Shown one piece after another: positions 24,083-37,260 of a stretch of DNA of 64,000 bases. The translations under genes and the position numbers were made by a program. The notes below the pieces were generated by a model. It searched no databases, was not told the origin of the DNA, and saw only the letters and a program-made list of their open reading frames with translations. Position 1 is the stretch's first letter. Each line of letters starts with the position of its first letter. The stretch is from Anolis carolinensis (taxonomy: Eukaryota): the NCBI RefSeq assembly GCF_035594765.1, contig NC_085843.1, positions 119,885,971 to 119,949,970 on the forward strand. Reading direction: 5' to 3'.

Positions 24083-27000
24083 TGCTAGTGGGACAGTGAA
24101 TCAGATCCAGTTTTAAAGTAAATTTGAAGGGAACTATTTAAAGTGTTCAGTGATATCCCCCAAAAGGTTCAAAACCTTGGATAGTTTTTAAAGTAGCTAA
24201 TTCTTTTAGTAGCTGGATTAAAAAAAACTGTTAAAGGACTTGAAAATCAGAATAGTAACATATCCAAGAGTTACATTGGCTCTTACAAGGCGGTACAGCC
24301 TCAGCTTTTCTCCTCTCTCCTTCCCTGCATTCATTTTCTACTTCATTGCCAGCCATTCATGAATATGGGGCAATTTAGTGTGAGTGGATTATAGCTGGCA
24401 ATGAAGTAGAAAATGAATATGAAAACCCAGAACCTGATGATTTGGATCCAGATTTGGACAGTGTTCTCATCCAACTCTATGACTCTATATAAAACCCTTC
24501 CTGTTTAATGCAGGCTTTGAGAATGTAATATTGCTTGTTTCGAAATCCAACTCCTGATTGTTGTTAATTTCTTTTGTTAGATTTTAATCCACCTGTTATG
24601 TTGGCTGATATTTTTGATATTTTGAGTATGATATTCTGTTTAAATTGTTTCAAGTATCTGTCTAATGTGAACAAATGGGGCCCCTTACACACAGGTGAAT
24701 AAAATCCCACATTTTCTACTTTGAACTGGAATATACGGCAGTGTGGACTCAGATAACCCAGTTCAAAGCTTATATTGTGGGTTATTCTGCCTTGATACTC
24801 TGGATTATGTGGCTGTGTGGAAGAGCCGTTGTAAAGTTACTTTAAAAGTTGCTAGTTTTATGAAGCCACAGTGAGATCCTGTATCTTCAACTATCAAAAG
24901 AATTAGATTACAGTTATTGTACTTTTCAAAAGCGGTGAAGTTATCCCTTGCTAAATTACAAAATACTAAATATTTTGTTACTGGAAAAATAGTATTTGGC
25001 TATTTTTAACTAATTACTCCTAGTGCAGTTTCTGTTGTTTTTATTGTCTACTATCTGGTCTACAGATAATTTCTGGAAATAGGGAGGGAGGGAAAGATAG
25101 TGGTGGTAATTTCATAGCCTCTGCAGATTTTGTGTAGAAGCCTGGCAGTGCAAAAGCTAGATTTGATGCACCTGCTTTACCAAAGACAAAATACTGACTC
25201 AGAAATTACTTGCAGATTTTTGTGCTAATTGTTTCAGCACGAAAACAAATATGTAGATCTAATCTCAATGACAAATCATACCTAGATCGACCCATTACAT
25301 CTATGGAATGATGGTAAATTCCATTGATTCAGTGAATTTACTTTAACTGGCGCAAACAATAGGATTATGTTTATAATTTACCAAATAAATTAGAAGGCCT
25401 TAACAGTATCGCCATAGAGCGAGGTTGACTTGAAGGCAGCTAACAACAACAAAAACAACAAATTATTTATTTCCTTTCATATTTCCTTTCACCTCAAATT
25501 TAGCAGCTAATTCAAATGCAATATATGAAAGACCAAACATATATTAGCAGTTGCTCTAAGAAAAAAGAGGAGCCAACCTGACATAGTGGTTTGACTGGAG
25601 ACCAGGGCTCAAATCCTCTATCAGCCATGAAAACCCACTTGGTGATCTTGAGCAAGTCCGATACTCTTAGCCTCAGAAAACACCATGATAGTTTCACCTT
25701 AGGGTCACCATAAGTGAGAAACAACTTGAGGGAACACAACAACCACAACTACCTGGGGAAAAACTATTCATTATTAGTGTAAAATTTGAAAGATTACTTT
25801 CTTTAGTTGTCAGTGGTCACTTATGTCATTGGTTTAAAAACCTAGTTAATCAATCTGAATTTTTAAAAATGAAAACAACCCCCCCTCCACTACATACTCA
25901 TAAAAATATTCCGGCAAAAAGAGAAAGTGGACTGCTTGCCTAAAATTAGATGACATCAGAAATGATGATAGCACATTTTCCTTTTATATTTATAGATTTG
26001 GCTGTTTTCCAAGCTCTGATTTCAAAGGGCCTGATTTTCCTTTATCCTGATTTTCCTCTATGTTATTCTGGTAATGTAAAGAGGGCACAAAAAACGGACA
26101 CAAATTATAATTATAATCACTTCAGGACCCATTTACATCATCCTGGCAGAGATTTTGTTTGGAATTTCCAGACCCACTTTAAAAGAAAAGAGGGAAAATT
26201 GATAGTTTTGAGCATGAGTTTGGATTTCAGTGCAAAGGGAGAGAGAGAGGTTATTGCTTGTTCCCACTACATTTTTAAAAGCAAGGGAATTTGTGCTCTT
26301 GGCACACCTAACTATTAAAAAAGTTCATTTTATTGCTTATTCAAAGAATAATATGCAGAACCACTGATTTGACTAGGAATACAGAAACTCCTGAATCATC
26401 ATTATTATCATCATCACACATCTGTATTTGCAAAATCCATGATTCCCAATCCAATAAATGATTTGCATTTGCATCTCCATTTTGGAACTGAGATTTTGTC
26501 TAGGATTCAACTTGAATAGTGTTTAGATTTTGATTAAAATTATCCTTGTTATTCGTTAATTCTTCTTGTTTGTCATTATATCCATGCAGATTTTAATTAT
26601 ATCGACTTTTTAAACAGTTACTTCATACAATCAATGTTTTCTTTAAAAGTATTTTGAAATATTAATAGGGAAGAATTTAATTCCATACTGTGTGGCTGGG
26701 TGAACTGTAGTCCCTCAGATGTTCTAAAACTGGAACTACCATAATCTCTCAGCACTGTCTGATAGGAACTGGAGGAACTGGAGGGACATAATTTTAATAC
26801 CATTTTAATGTTTTTACTTACCTGTTACTTCACACAAAAATATGCACACACTATACATACTTTCTACATGACCATAGTTTGCAATAATGTAAAGTTACAG
26901 AGTAGGTTACAAAATATTCTTAACTGTTTACTTTCTTTCCAGGTTCAGCTCAGGGGGCATAGATAGCTCTTAGGCCTGGTGTAGTCTTGCAGCTCAGCTA

Positions 27001-27272
27001 TAATCTATTGGAAGCATTGTGAAAAAGGACATGGTTCAATTACTGTCCTTTTGTTTTGTTTCTAACTTCATTCACTTTATACAACCAAAGGTCGTGATCC
27101 TACATCTGAGTTGTGTACTGTAGATTTCTACGTGTTCATGGCACTACACTGAACACAGAACTCTCCTTCCATGAACTGGAAATGAATGCTGATGTTGCCT
27201 TTCAGGGGAAAAAGTACAGTCCTAACATAAGGGAACTTGGGCATGTATAAGACATAGGAGTTTAACCAAAGC

Positions 27273-27410
27273 NNNNNNNNNNNNNNNNNNNNNNNNNNNN
27301 NNNNNNNNNNNNNNNNNNNNNNNNNNNNNNNNNNNNNNNNNNNNNNNNNNNNNNNNNNNNNNNNNNNNNNNNNNNNNNNNNNNNNNNNNNNNNNNNNNNN
27401 NNNNNNNNNN
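27273..27410. other. Assembly gap
   Basis: N run. Confidence 1.
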
Positions 27411-27505
27411 NACCATCTCCCAGAGGGACTCAGGGTGGCTCACAAAACACTCAAGGTATGACACAAAATACAACAAGTGCAAAACAAAACAGGCAATAAA
27501 CAGTC

Positions 27506-27506
<1 letters not shown>

Positions 27507-27547
<41 letters not shown>
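27507..27547. repeat. (CAT)n microsatellite between L2-like 3' ends (minus strand)
   Basis: Directly visible; adjacent tttatttatatactgcccc...gactcggcgtagcttaca is L2 3'-end-like. Confidence 0.85.
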
Positions 27548-27548
<1 letters not shown>

Positions 27549-29169
27549 TAATCATCATCTTTATTTATATACTGCCCCCTCTCCAAACAGGACTCGGCGT
27601 AGCTTACAAAGAATAAAACACAGTTTTTTCGTGTCAGGAACGACTTGAGAAACTTTAAGTCTGCAAGGATGTTGCCCAGGGGACACCTGGATGTTTTTTT
27701 GGTGTTTTTACGATCCTTGTGGGAGGCTTCTCTTAATGTCATAAAACACAGAATAAAACATGATACATAAAAGATAGTATCAAAACCTAACAGAAAACAA
27801 AATACCATACAAGACCAAGGCAAAAATAAAAACATAATATATAACGACAATATCAAAAACCCAACAGACAGTATAACAACAGCACAATAGAAAATTAGCA
27901 CCAAAAAAAAAACTTTTTTGCTGGATTTAAACATTTTGTCCACCAGAGACAAAACCAGTTCAAGCCAGTTGGCATTAGTGCAGCTATAAACTGCATTCAT
28001 CTGCCTCAGCACAAGTTCTGTAATAACGCAGGGTGCATTTGCAACAGTCCTGGTATTATTTTATCTCTGGTTAAATACTTCCAGCAAAAGATACCCCACC
28101 ACCTCCTCCCTAGCCTCCCAAGGTTACATCCCCATAACCACACATTCTCTCACTACTACTATTCCTTAATTTTTAATTTTTGAACACTTTTGCATTTTAG
28201 CTTCTGAAAATCAATCAGAAAAGAGGCAAACATAACTATATACCAAAAAGAGGTGATGGAAACATTGAAGGATTAGGAACTATTGATGGGTTTCACCTGT
28301 CAATAGCTAAGAATGGGAGAATTAGGGAGAGAAGACACACAGTATCATGTAATAGGATCATCACGAAACGTGATGGTCCAGCTAAAATACTGATTTGCTG
28401 CCTCATGTAATAATCCTTAACCCTGTTTAAATGAAAAGGTCTTTGCCTGTCAGCAAAAGGAAATCAGGGAGTGGGCAATGGCCAACCATGGAAGGGAGGA
28501 GACACGGACAATGCTCTCTCATGTGTTCCCACCAAAGAAGCCTGCAATAGTGGCTGGACCAAGAGAAAGCCTTCCCCTGTAGATCCTAGAGCCCTGGTAG
28601 GTTTATATGAGGGAAAACAGCCTTTTAGATGGTCTGAAACCATATAGGGTTTTATAGGTTATGACCAGCACTTTGCTTTGTGCCTGGAAATGAAATGATA
28701 GCTAGCGTTTTAACAAGGGTGTTAAATGCCCCCCATGACTGGCTCCAGTCAGTCTATTGTAGCAACTGTACTCTGTACTTCTACTGTAGGAATGTCTGGT
28801 GGTACATAACATGTAGATAAATGTCAGACATAACTCACACTTGCATCATTGGCCTTCAGAGGAATGCTTTCTCCACCTTCATTAGTCCACAAATGTTAAA
28901 TCCAGCCCACGTCCAGGCATGTAAATGTAGATAAATGTGCTATATGCATTTGAACTATTTATGCTGATACATAAACATGGATAAATATATTATGAACAGA
29001 ATTACTTTTAGTGCTGTTCTATATACAGTTAAAGGTTTAAAAAGAGCTTTAAATGACATAATGACATTACTGTAGCTGATTTTCTGTGAAAATAGTACTT
29101 AGAAGTGTTGCACAGTAGTCACTATACATTAATTCTCACTCCCATCACTTAATTGTATCACCCTTTAAG

Positions 29170-29317
29170 NNNNNNNNNNNNNNNNNNNNNNNNNNNNNNN
29201 NNNNNNNNNNNNNNNNNNNNNNNNNNNNNNNNNNNNNNNNNNNNNNNNNNNNNNNNNNNNNNNNNNNNNNNNNNNNNNNNNNNNNNNNNNNNNNNNNNNN
29301 NNNNNNNNNNNNNNNNN
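29170..29317. other. Assembly gap
   Basis: N run. Confidence 1.
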
Positions 29318-31100
29318 ATTGAGGTAACAGTTTCTAACACTAATGGGTATTAGAGGGCTTATACAAGACATGTTTTGATGTTCTCATCCAGTTGCTTAGG
29401 CTAGAAAGGAGCTATTTGTCCTTAGAAACATAGTGGTTGCTATGTGGTGACCCAGGAAGAGGCATCCTTACCAGCTACTCTAATACTGCCAGTACTGCTG
29501 CTGTTTTCATGGACTGTATAAAATGCATTCACCAAACACTGCTCATGAAATGCAAATGTGGCCCCTATGGCTGAAATTCAGTGAACTTAAATTGCTGCAA
29601 ATAACAGTGCAAACCCAGATGTCAAACCTGGCTGGCATTGAAAGAAATCAATAGGAAAGCCCCCCTCCCTTCATTAAAATGTAACATTACATCTTGACAC
29701 GTATTAATAAAAAGGTGAGGATTTTTAAGATTTAGCATAAAAATTTGTCCTAAACTTGTTTCATTGTTTTGAATCAGGAGGGGGGATGATGGAGTACGGC
29801 CTGCCTTTAAAAGAATCGACGCATGGTTCCAAAGCAATGGGGTTCACTGTTTTTTTTTTCCCTACTCTTTTGGTTGGAATAGGGGAGGGAGCTGTGGGGG
29901 GAAGTAGCAGTAGATTTTCTTAGTTCTGCATGATTTCTAAGTAAACAGTTTCTCATAGCAAAGCTATACAAGTCCAGTTAAAGCCATGAAAAGCCTGAGG
30001 ATAATGTTCTTGCTATTGTTGCTTGACATAAAGTCAGATTCAACTTAAGGGAACCACTATAAATGAAAGACCTCTAAGAGCCCTAGTCACCAACAGACAA
30101 GCCATAGCCAGAAAAAATGGGGGGGGGGGAGGATATATAGCATTGAGCCATGACAGTTAAAGTGGTGTCAAACCACATTAATTCTACAGTGTAGATGTGT
30201 CCTGAATCCTGTTTTCTCATGATACAGTCAAAGTACAATAGCTCAAGTGTAGTTATTTTGTCTTCTTGGGTGAGTTCAGCACTGATTTCTTCTCAAACAA
30301 TTTTTTGGTCATTTTGGTGATCTGTGAGAACCACAGAACTGTCTTCCAGTACCAAATTTCAAATGAGTTGATCTTCATCTTATAATGGCCTCTTGCCCTT
30401 GTACTTCGGCGAAGTAACTTTGGGGAATCCCTTCTCTGTATTGATCTTTATCTTGTCAGCTTTCCACAACGAGATTCTTAGATCCACGGCAAAACAGTCA
30501 GAACCAGTCTATCGGATACTTCCTTCAGAGCCACTTCTTTTCACTATTCTTCCCTCTCCCACATTCAGCCATGCCCTCAAAGTCTGCTACAGTGGCCTTC
30601 TCTACCCCTTTGAAGCAGGTTTTTAGTGAGTCCTCTACAGGGGACTGCAGGGGAACAATTGAACTTAATCCACTCATACATATGTTTTATTGATTAGCCC
30701 ATTGGCCGTATCAAAACATTTAACAATCACATTTAACGTATACACATAAAGCATACAACCCACATTACAATCAAAGTTAAAATAAGCAAGCTGTTAACAA
30801 GGGATCGAGATTCTGATCCAGATCAACTATCTGCATCACCCCTACAATTTATCCCAATCAACTCCAAATATGCAATTCTCAACTGAGTTGCTTTAAATAG
30901 AAAAAGGGCCATTTTGTATGTTATTTTAGTATTCTGGCCAGCCAATAAAAATGTACTCCACTCATGGGTTCCATTCTGTGGGTAGATGGAAACAACTGGA
31001 TTTCATCCAATGCCATTTTATAGAGGGACTAGCTGTGCCCGGCCACGCGTTGCTGTGGCGAAGTATGGTGGCATGGGAAATAAAGGAATTGGTGGTAGTT

Positions 31101-31427
31101 AAGGTAAAGGGTAAACGTTTTCCCCTGACGTTAAGTCCAGTCATGTCTGACTCAGGGGGTTGGTGCTCATTTCCATTTCTAAGCCGAAAAGCCGGCGTTG
31201 TCCGTAGACTCCTCCAAGGTCATGTGGGATGACTGCATGGAGCGGCGTTACCTTCCCGCCAGAGCAGTACCTATTGATGCACTCACATTTGCATGTTTTT
31301 GAACCTCTGGGTTGGCAGAAGCTGGGGCTAACAGTGGGGGCTCTCTCCGCTCCCCCAATTCAAACCTGCGGCCTTTCAGTCCAGAAGTTCAGCAGCTCAG
31401 CGCTTTAACACGCTGCGCCATCAGGGG
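31101..31427 (-). mobile_element. Sauria SINE inside the outer Helitron
   Basis: Homologous to 2800-3102 and 21788-22095. Confidence 0.9.
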
Positions 31428-31430
31428 ATA

Positions 31431-32593
31431 TCTATATATATAAAATGATAAAGTTGTTTGCGCAGTGACTATAACAACAAAACTAAACATCCCAGAAATA
31501 CGAAACTTGGCAACACAATGCAAAAGCCTTGCCTCCCGGTTGTAACAACACAACCACACCACAAAACCACAATCCAGACCCACAAAACTCACAACAGTGC
31601 ATCGTGACTATAATAACACAACTAAACGCCCCAGAAATACAAAACTTGGCACACAACTAAACGCCCCAGAAATACAAAACTTGGCAACACAATGCAAAAG
31701 CCTTGCCTCCCAGTTGTAACAACACAACCACACCACAAAACCACACAGGACCCACAAAACTCACAACAACGCATCATGCGATAACAACACAACTAAACAC
31801 CCCAGAAATACGAAACTTGGCAACACAATGCAACAGCCTTGCCTCCCGGTTGTAACAACACAACCACACCACAAAACCACAATCCAGACCCACAAAACTC
31901 ACAACAGTGCATCGTGACTATAATAACACAACTAAACGCCCCAGAAATACAAAACTTGACAACACAACACAAAAGCCTTGCCTCCCGGTTGTAACAACAC
32001 AACTACACCACAAAACCACAATCCGGACCCACAAAACTCACAACAACGCATTGTGACTATAACAAATACAAAATTTGACAACACAACTCATCCACCTCCC
32101 CAATCCCTACATTCACACTTGGCCTCCAAAAAAACAATTACAATAATAACAATGACAACAACAACAACAATAAGAATCAACACCATCACAGGCAAGAAAC
32201 AGCCAGGCACTGAGGCTGAGAGGCCAGTCAGTGCTACAGTGGGTCTCCAATAAACAATACAGTAGCATCTAACTTATCCAACCTTCATAATCACTACAAC
32301 AACAATAATAATAAACACCTACACAGGCAAAACAAAAAAAGGACTATTGTACCACAATAAAAATATAAACCGTACTCAGCAGAATCAGACATTACAACTA
32401 ACAACAAACCAAAGACAACAGGGATCTCAACCAATTATCAATCAACACAAAAATTGAAGAAGGTAACAGACTTCAAATACTACTACTAATGTGAATATAA
32501 AGAAGGTGGAGGTCACAGCATCAATACAACCTAATGCAGACTGACCAACACCACCAGACTAAGCCACAGCAACGCGTGGCCGGGCACAGCTAG
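31431..32593 (+). mobile_element. Non-autonomous Helitron (inner, 1163 bp)
   Basis: A|TCtatatatataaaa...gccacagcaacgcgtggccgggcacagCTAG|T; internal ~120-bp tandem repeats at ~31465-32080. Confidence 0.9.
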
Positions 32594-32619
32594 TTATTTC
32601 CTAAAGATTGTGAATATAC

Positions 32620-32965
32620 AATATTTCTGATTGGTTTTTTTGTCTGTTGGAGGCAAGTATGAATGCTGCAATTAGGAAAAATGATTAGGATGTAATGGCC
32701 TTGCAGCTTTAAAGCCTGGCCTTTTCCTCCCTGAGTGATTTTTTTGTTGGGAGGTGTTAGCTGGCCCTGATTGTTTCCTGTCTGGAATTCCCTTGTTTTC
32801 AGAGTGGTGTTGTTTGCGATATTTTATGTGCTTCTACTGTCTGTGGCCCTGAGAAAACAGAGGATTTGCCAGACTTTGATGATGGGAATACTTTGTTGGG
32901 AGGTGTTAGCTGGCCCTGATTGTTTTCTGTGTGGAATTCCCGTTTATTTATTGTCCTGGTTTTAG
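32620..32965 (-). mobile_element. Two Penelope fragments inside the outer Helitron
   Basis: ttgttgggaggtgttagctggccctgattgttt occurs twice and matches 4330-4400. Confidence 0.75.
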
Positions 32966-33012
32966 AGATTATATTGTTCTGCATTATTCTATCCCATAAT
33001 TATTTCATATTA

Positions 33013-33661
33013 AAGTAGAATCTCACTTATCCAACATTTGCTTATACAATGTTCTGGATTATCCAACGCAGTCTGCCTTTTCATAATCTATGTTTTTGTA
33101 TTCATTGTGATATTTTAGTGGTAAATTTGTAAATACAGTACAGTAGAGTCTCACTTATCCAACATAAACGGGCCGGCCGAACGTTGGATAAGCAAATATG
33201 TTGGATAATAAGGAGGGATTAAGGATAAGCCTATTAAACATCAAATTAAGTTATGATTTTACAAATTAAGCACCAAAACATCATGTTAGACAACAAATTT
33301 GGCAGAAAAAGTAGTTCAGTACACAGTAATTCTATGTAGAAATTACTGTATTTATGAATTTAGCACCAAAATATCACAATATATTGAAAGCATTAACTAC
33401 AAAAATGCGTTGGATAATCCAGAAAGTTGGATAAGCGAGTGTTGGATAAGTGAGACTCTACTGTAATTACTACATAGCATTACTGCGCATGGAACTACTT
33501 TTTCTGTCAAATTTGTTGTATAATATGATGTTTTGGTGCTTAATTTGTATAACGATCACCTAATTTGATGTTTAATCGGCTTTTCCTGAATTCCTTCTTA
33601 TTATCCAACATATTCACTTATCCTGCCGGCCTGTTTATGTTGGATAAGTGAGAGTCTACTG
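33013..33661. mobile_element. Tc1/mariner MITE with a same-family copy nested at 33141-33463 in the opposite orientation
   Basis: Both have cagtagagtctcacttatccaac-type TIRs and TA flanks; same family as 11148-11487. Confidence 0.9.
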
Positions 33662-34339
33662 TATATTGATAATCTTATATTCTCTGCTTAGAACTGGATT
33701 ATATGAGGCCCCTTCTTCACAGCTATATAAAATGCACACTGAAGTGGATGATATGGTAGTGTGGAGTCAAGATAATCCAGTGCAAAGCAGATAATATAAG
33801 ATTATAAATGGGTTATATAGCTGTGTGGAAGGGCCTTGAGTCTACACTGCCATATAATCCAGTGAAAATTAGATAATCTGTGGAAGAAGCCTAAGTAAGG
33901 CCTAAATCTGCCTGTCCCCTAACTGAACCCTGGCTGTCCCTTGGTTGCTAGGAGACGAAGTGGGCAGAGATTAGCCCTCTAAACTGGCAGCAATTGGATA
34001 AAAAAAATTATTGCTCTCTCTCTAATTAGGACTTTATTTTTCTTTTCTTTTTGTTGTATCAACCTTGAGGCGTGGATGATGGGTTGTGTTGTCAAATTTC
34101 GAGGTTGGGGGGCCTGTACTTTTGTTGTTTTGTGAGTCGCCGTGATGCCATCACTCTTTTATATATATAGATTGGCTGTGCTAAGTAACTGGGAGAGCAA
34201 GTTGATTGTAGATCATTACGGACAAAGAAGCAAAATCCGACTGTTGTTAGCTGCCTTCAAGTCAACTTTGATTTATGGTGACCTTATGAACAAGAGACCT
34301 TCAAGTCAATCTTAGTATCATTAAGAAGGACTGTGTTTG

Positions 34340-35151
34340 CAGCTTGTGAGTGCTCCTGGATCCCTCTCTAAATGTCAACCCAGGTAAATGCAGCGGTCAG
34401 GAGTGCTTACTACCAGCTCCAACTGATATATCAGCTGAGCCCCTTCCTTGATTTGGAGGATCTGAAGGTGGTAGTACATACACTGGTAACCTCAAGATAG
34501 GACTTTGACAATGTGCTCTACATTGGGATACCCTTGTACCAAGTTTGGAAGCTCCAGCTTGTTCAAAATACAGCAGCCAGATTGGCTACATGGACATTTA
34601 AGGAGTGAGCATATTACATCTATCCTAAAGTCACTCCACTGGCTGTCAATCAGTTTCTGGGCAAAATACAAGGTATTGGTTTTGATCTTTAAAGCTCTAC
34701 ATGGTTTAGGTCCAAGTTACCTACAGGATCACCTTCTCCCATACAATCCACCCCACACACTTAGGTCCTCTGGGGGGGCAATTACTCCAATCAGCCAGAA
34801 CCTGACTGGCAACAGTCATCCAGAGGACCTTTTGATCGACCACCCCAAACCATGGAACGACCTGCCCAAAGAACTCTGACAGCTAGATTAGCTGTCAGAA
34901 TTTAAAAACCATTTAAAAACCTATGTTTTCTGACAGGCCTACCCAGACAGTTGAAAGTATGAATTTTAAACTCGTGTCCTGTGTTTTTGTCTCTGTCCTG
35001 TGTAATTAATATATATTTTATAGAAATGCTTCATATGTATATTTTATGAAACTATGTTTTAATATGTGTGTTTGTAGAATTTGTATAGTATTTATTTGTT
35101 TCTTTTATTGTGCTGTGACCCACCTCAAGCCATGGGGAGAGGCAGGTAAGA
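34340..35151 (+). mobile_element. L2 LINE 3' portion (ORF2 C-terminus and 3' UTR) with (AAT)n tail
   Basis: EHITSILKSLHWL...YKVLVLIFKALHGLGPSYLQDHLLPYNPPHTLRSS is the typical L2 ORF2 C-terminal signature. Confidence 0.9.

Positions 35152-35239
<88 letters not shown>
35152..35239. repeat. (AAT)n immediately followed by (ATT)n, a palindromic microsatellite
   Basis: Directly visible. Confidence 0.95.
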
Positions 35240-36974
35240 GAGTAGTAGCTTCTTGTACTTTCTTTTTCATTTCTGTTCAGTACAGTTGGGATGGAAGTAA
35301 GGATTAATAATAAATTGCTCCAGACAATTTCCTTTCTCCATAGGACTGGAAGATAGTTGCTGTATTCCATTCATCATTTTAATAAGCTAGTTAATTTTCT
35401 AAGTGAAGTGGCAAAAGAGAAAAAAAATTAAAAGAAAACCAAAAATTAAAGTGACATTGTCACCCCCTGCAGGCAACAGGATCTAACTAGTTAAGGGAAA
35501 ACTCATCACAAATCATTTAGCCATACAGATTAGGAAGCAATAGGAGGATCAGGATCTACTATTCATGATTCAAAATATGCTGAAGAATTGTTTTTAAAAA
35601 ATAACCTTGGGTCATCATTCTCTATACAAATAGATATTCTAGAGATAAGACAATGTTTTGTACTGGGTTGATAACTTTCTTACGGAACAACTGCCCATAT
35701 TGGCTATTCTTTTCTCTCATGAAGTGGCAGCAGCTGGATGGTTTGGGTGGGATAAGAGGTATCTATCTTCTTACTTGGCATCCCAGAGTTCAACTCTGAA
35801 CTCATTCATCTATGCTAGCTCTCATGCATTGGTTTGCTTCAGTCAAGCATCTCTCTCTTTACTTCTATCCATTTGCAGAAAGTGAATTAATCCTTCCAGA
35901 ATAGTTGTAAGGACAAAATTGTATAAACGCAATCTGTATGTTTGTGATTGTCGTTGTTGTTGTTGTTATTGGTAATAGTATGAGGGACAATAGTAATTTC
36001 AAGCAATTAACACACTTTGTAGAAAATAAATCTTTTCTATATGACAGAGATAAAAAGTTGCTTTTAAAAAACAATGAGCCAGGACCTTATCACATTTGGA
36101 TACTCTGTTTATATCAGTATGCATCTCATATTTTAAAGAACTGGATGTATATGAATTCAGATGGGATGCATATTGACCCTTCCACACCTAATTCTTACGT
36201 TTTGAAAATACTGTACTTTGACTCATCACACCATGGAAGGCTGGCTCCTCCCAATTCATTCGAATGCCTCCCTATATCACTTTTTATTTTTGTTCCTAAT
36301 ATTGCACAGTGATGTAGCCTGGAAATCTCAAACTACCATTCTCATATGATTTTAGCTGATGGAATGCATATTGATTTAACAATCACATGTAAAAACGGTA
36401 CCTCAGAAACATTAAATCAAAAAACATGATTAGAATTACCCTATAAACTCGAGTATAAGCCGACCCAAATATAAGCCAAGGAACCTAATTTTATCACAAA
36501 AAACTGGAGAAACTTATTGACTCAAATATAAGCTGAGGGTGAGAAATGTAGCAGCTCAAAATAAAAATTGATAAAAACACTTTATTTCTGTCCATTTCTG
36601 AGACTTCCATAAATTATACAGAAATTTCTGAATGAACAAATAGACAACAGGTATTAAAGCCTACTAATACAACCTTTTTGTGCTCTCTGGACAACTTCAT
36701 GGTTATATCGCGTGGTTTTTACATAAAATGTTATTAATTTTCTTAAGTTGCCTAGGAAAAAAGTTCCCTGGTTGCCCTTTCCTTCACTGGGCATTTATGT
36801 GCTGGTAGTAAACTATTTGGATCCATAGTTGTTTGCATGAACAATGTTATGGGCTAGTATTTTGTAGCTGATTGATTATCTCTGCGTAGTGCCTACTAAC
36901 CAATTGTTTGTATTTAAATATTATTTAAATATTATTTAATTATTTAATATTAATATTTAAATATAAAATATTAT

Positions 36975-37260
36975 TTATTTATTCATTATTTACATAATTT
37001 CTATTCCGCCTTTCTCACCCAAAGGGACTCAAGGCGGCTTACAGATCTGGTAAAAATTCAATGCTGATAAAAACAGCAATACAATAAAAACATAAAACAG
37101 TTAAGAAACAATTTACATTAAGCATTAATACACATGGAACAATATACAAAACTTAAAACATATAAAGTGAATAGTTCCATTCATCCAAAAACCTTGCGCA
37201 TAATCCTTAATCAATTTTCATGATCAAATTTGAAGCAGTTAGCTTGTTCAGATTCCAAAG
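36975..37260 (-). mobile_element. L2-like 3' end
   Basis: ttctattccgcctttctcacccaaagggactcaaggcggcttaca is the reverse complement of an L2-type terminal stem-loop. Confidence 0.65.

Larger units (their letters stand above)
31029..34171 (-). mobile_element. Non-autonomous Helitron (outer, composite, 3143 bp)
   Basis: Minus strand begins TCtatatatataaaa at 34171 and ends with GC hairpin gccacagcaacgcgtggc + CTAG at 31029; inserted between A and T, no TSD. Confidence 0.88.

Noticed and set aside
9320-26945. Scattered plus-strand splice-like sites (e.g. ~9325, 14069, 14628, 15724, 16372, 26942)
   Set aside because: Cannot be chained into a coding frame; such sites are expected by chance without RNA data
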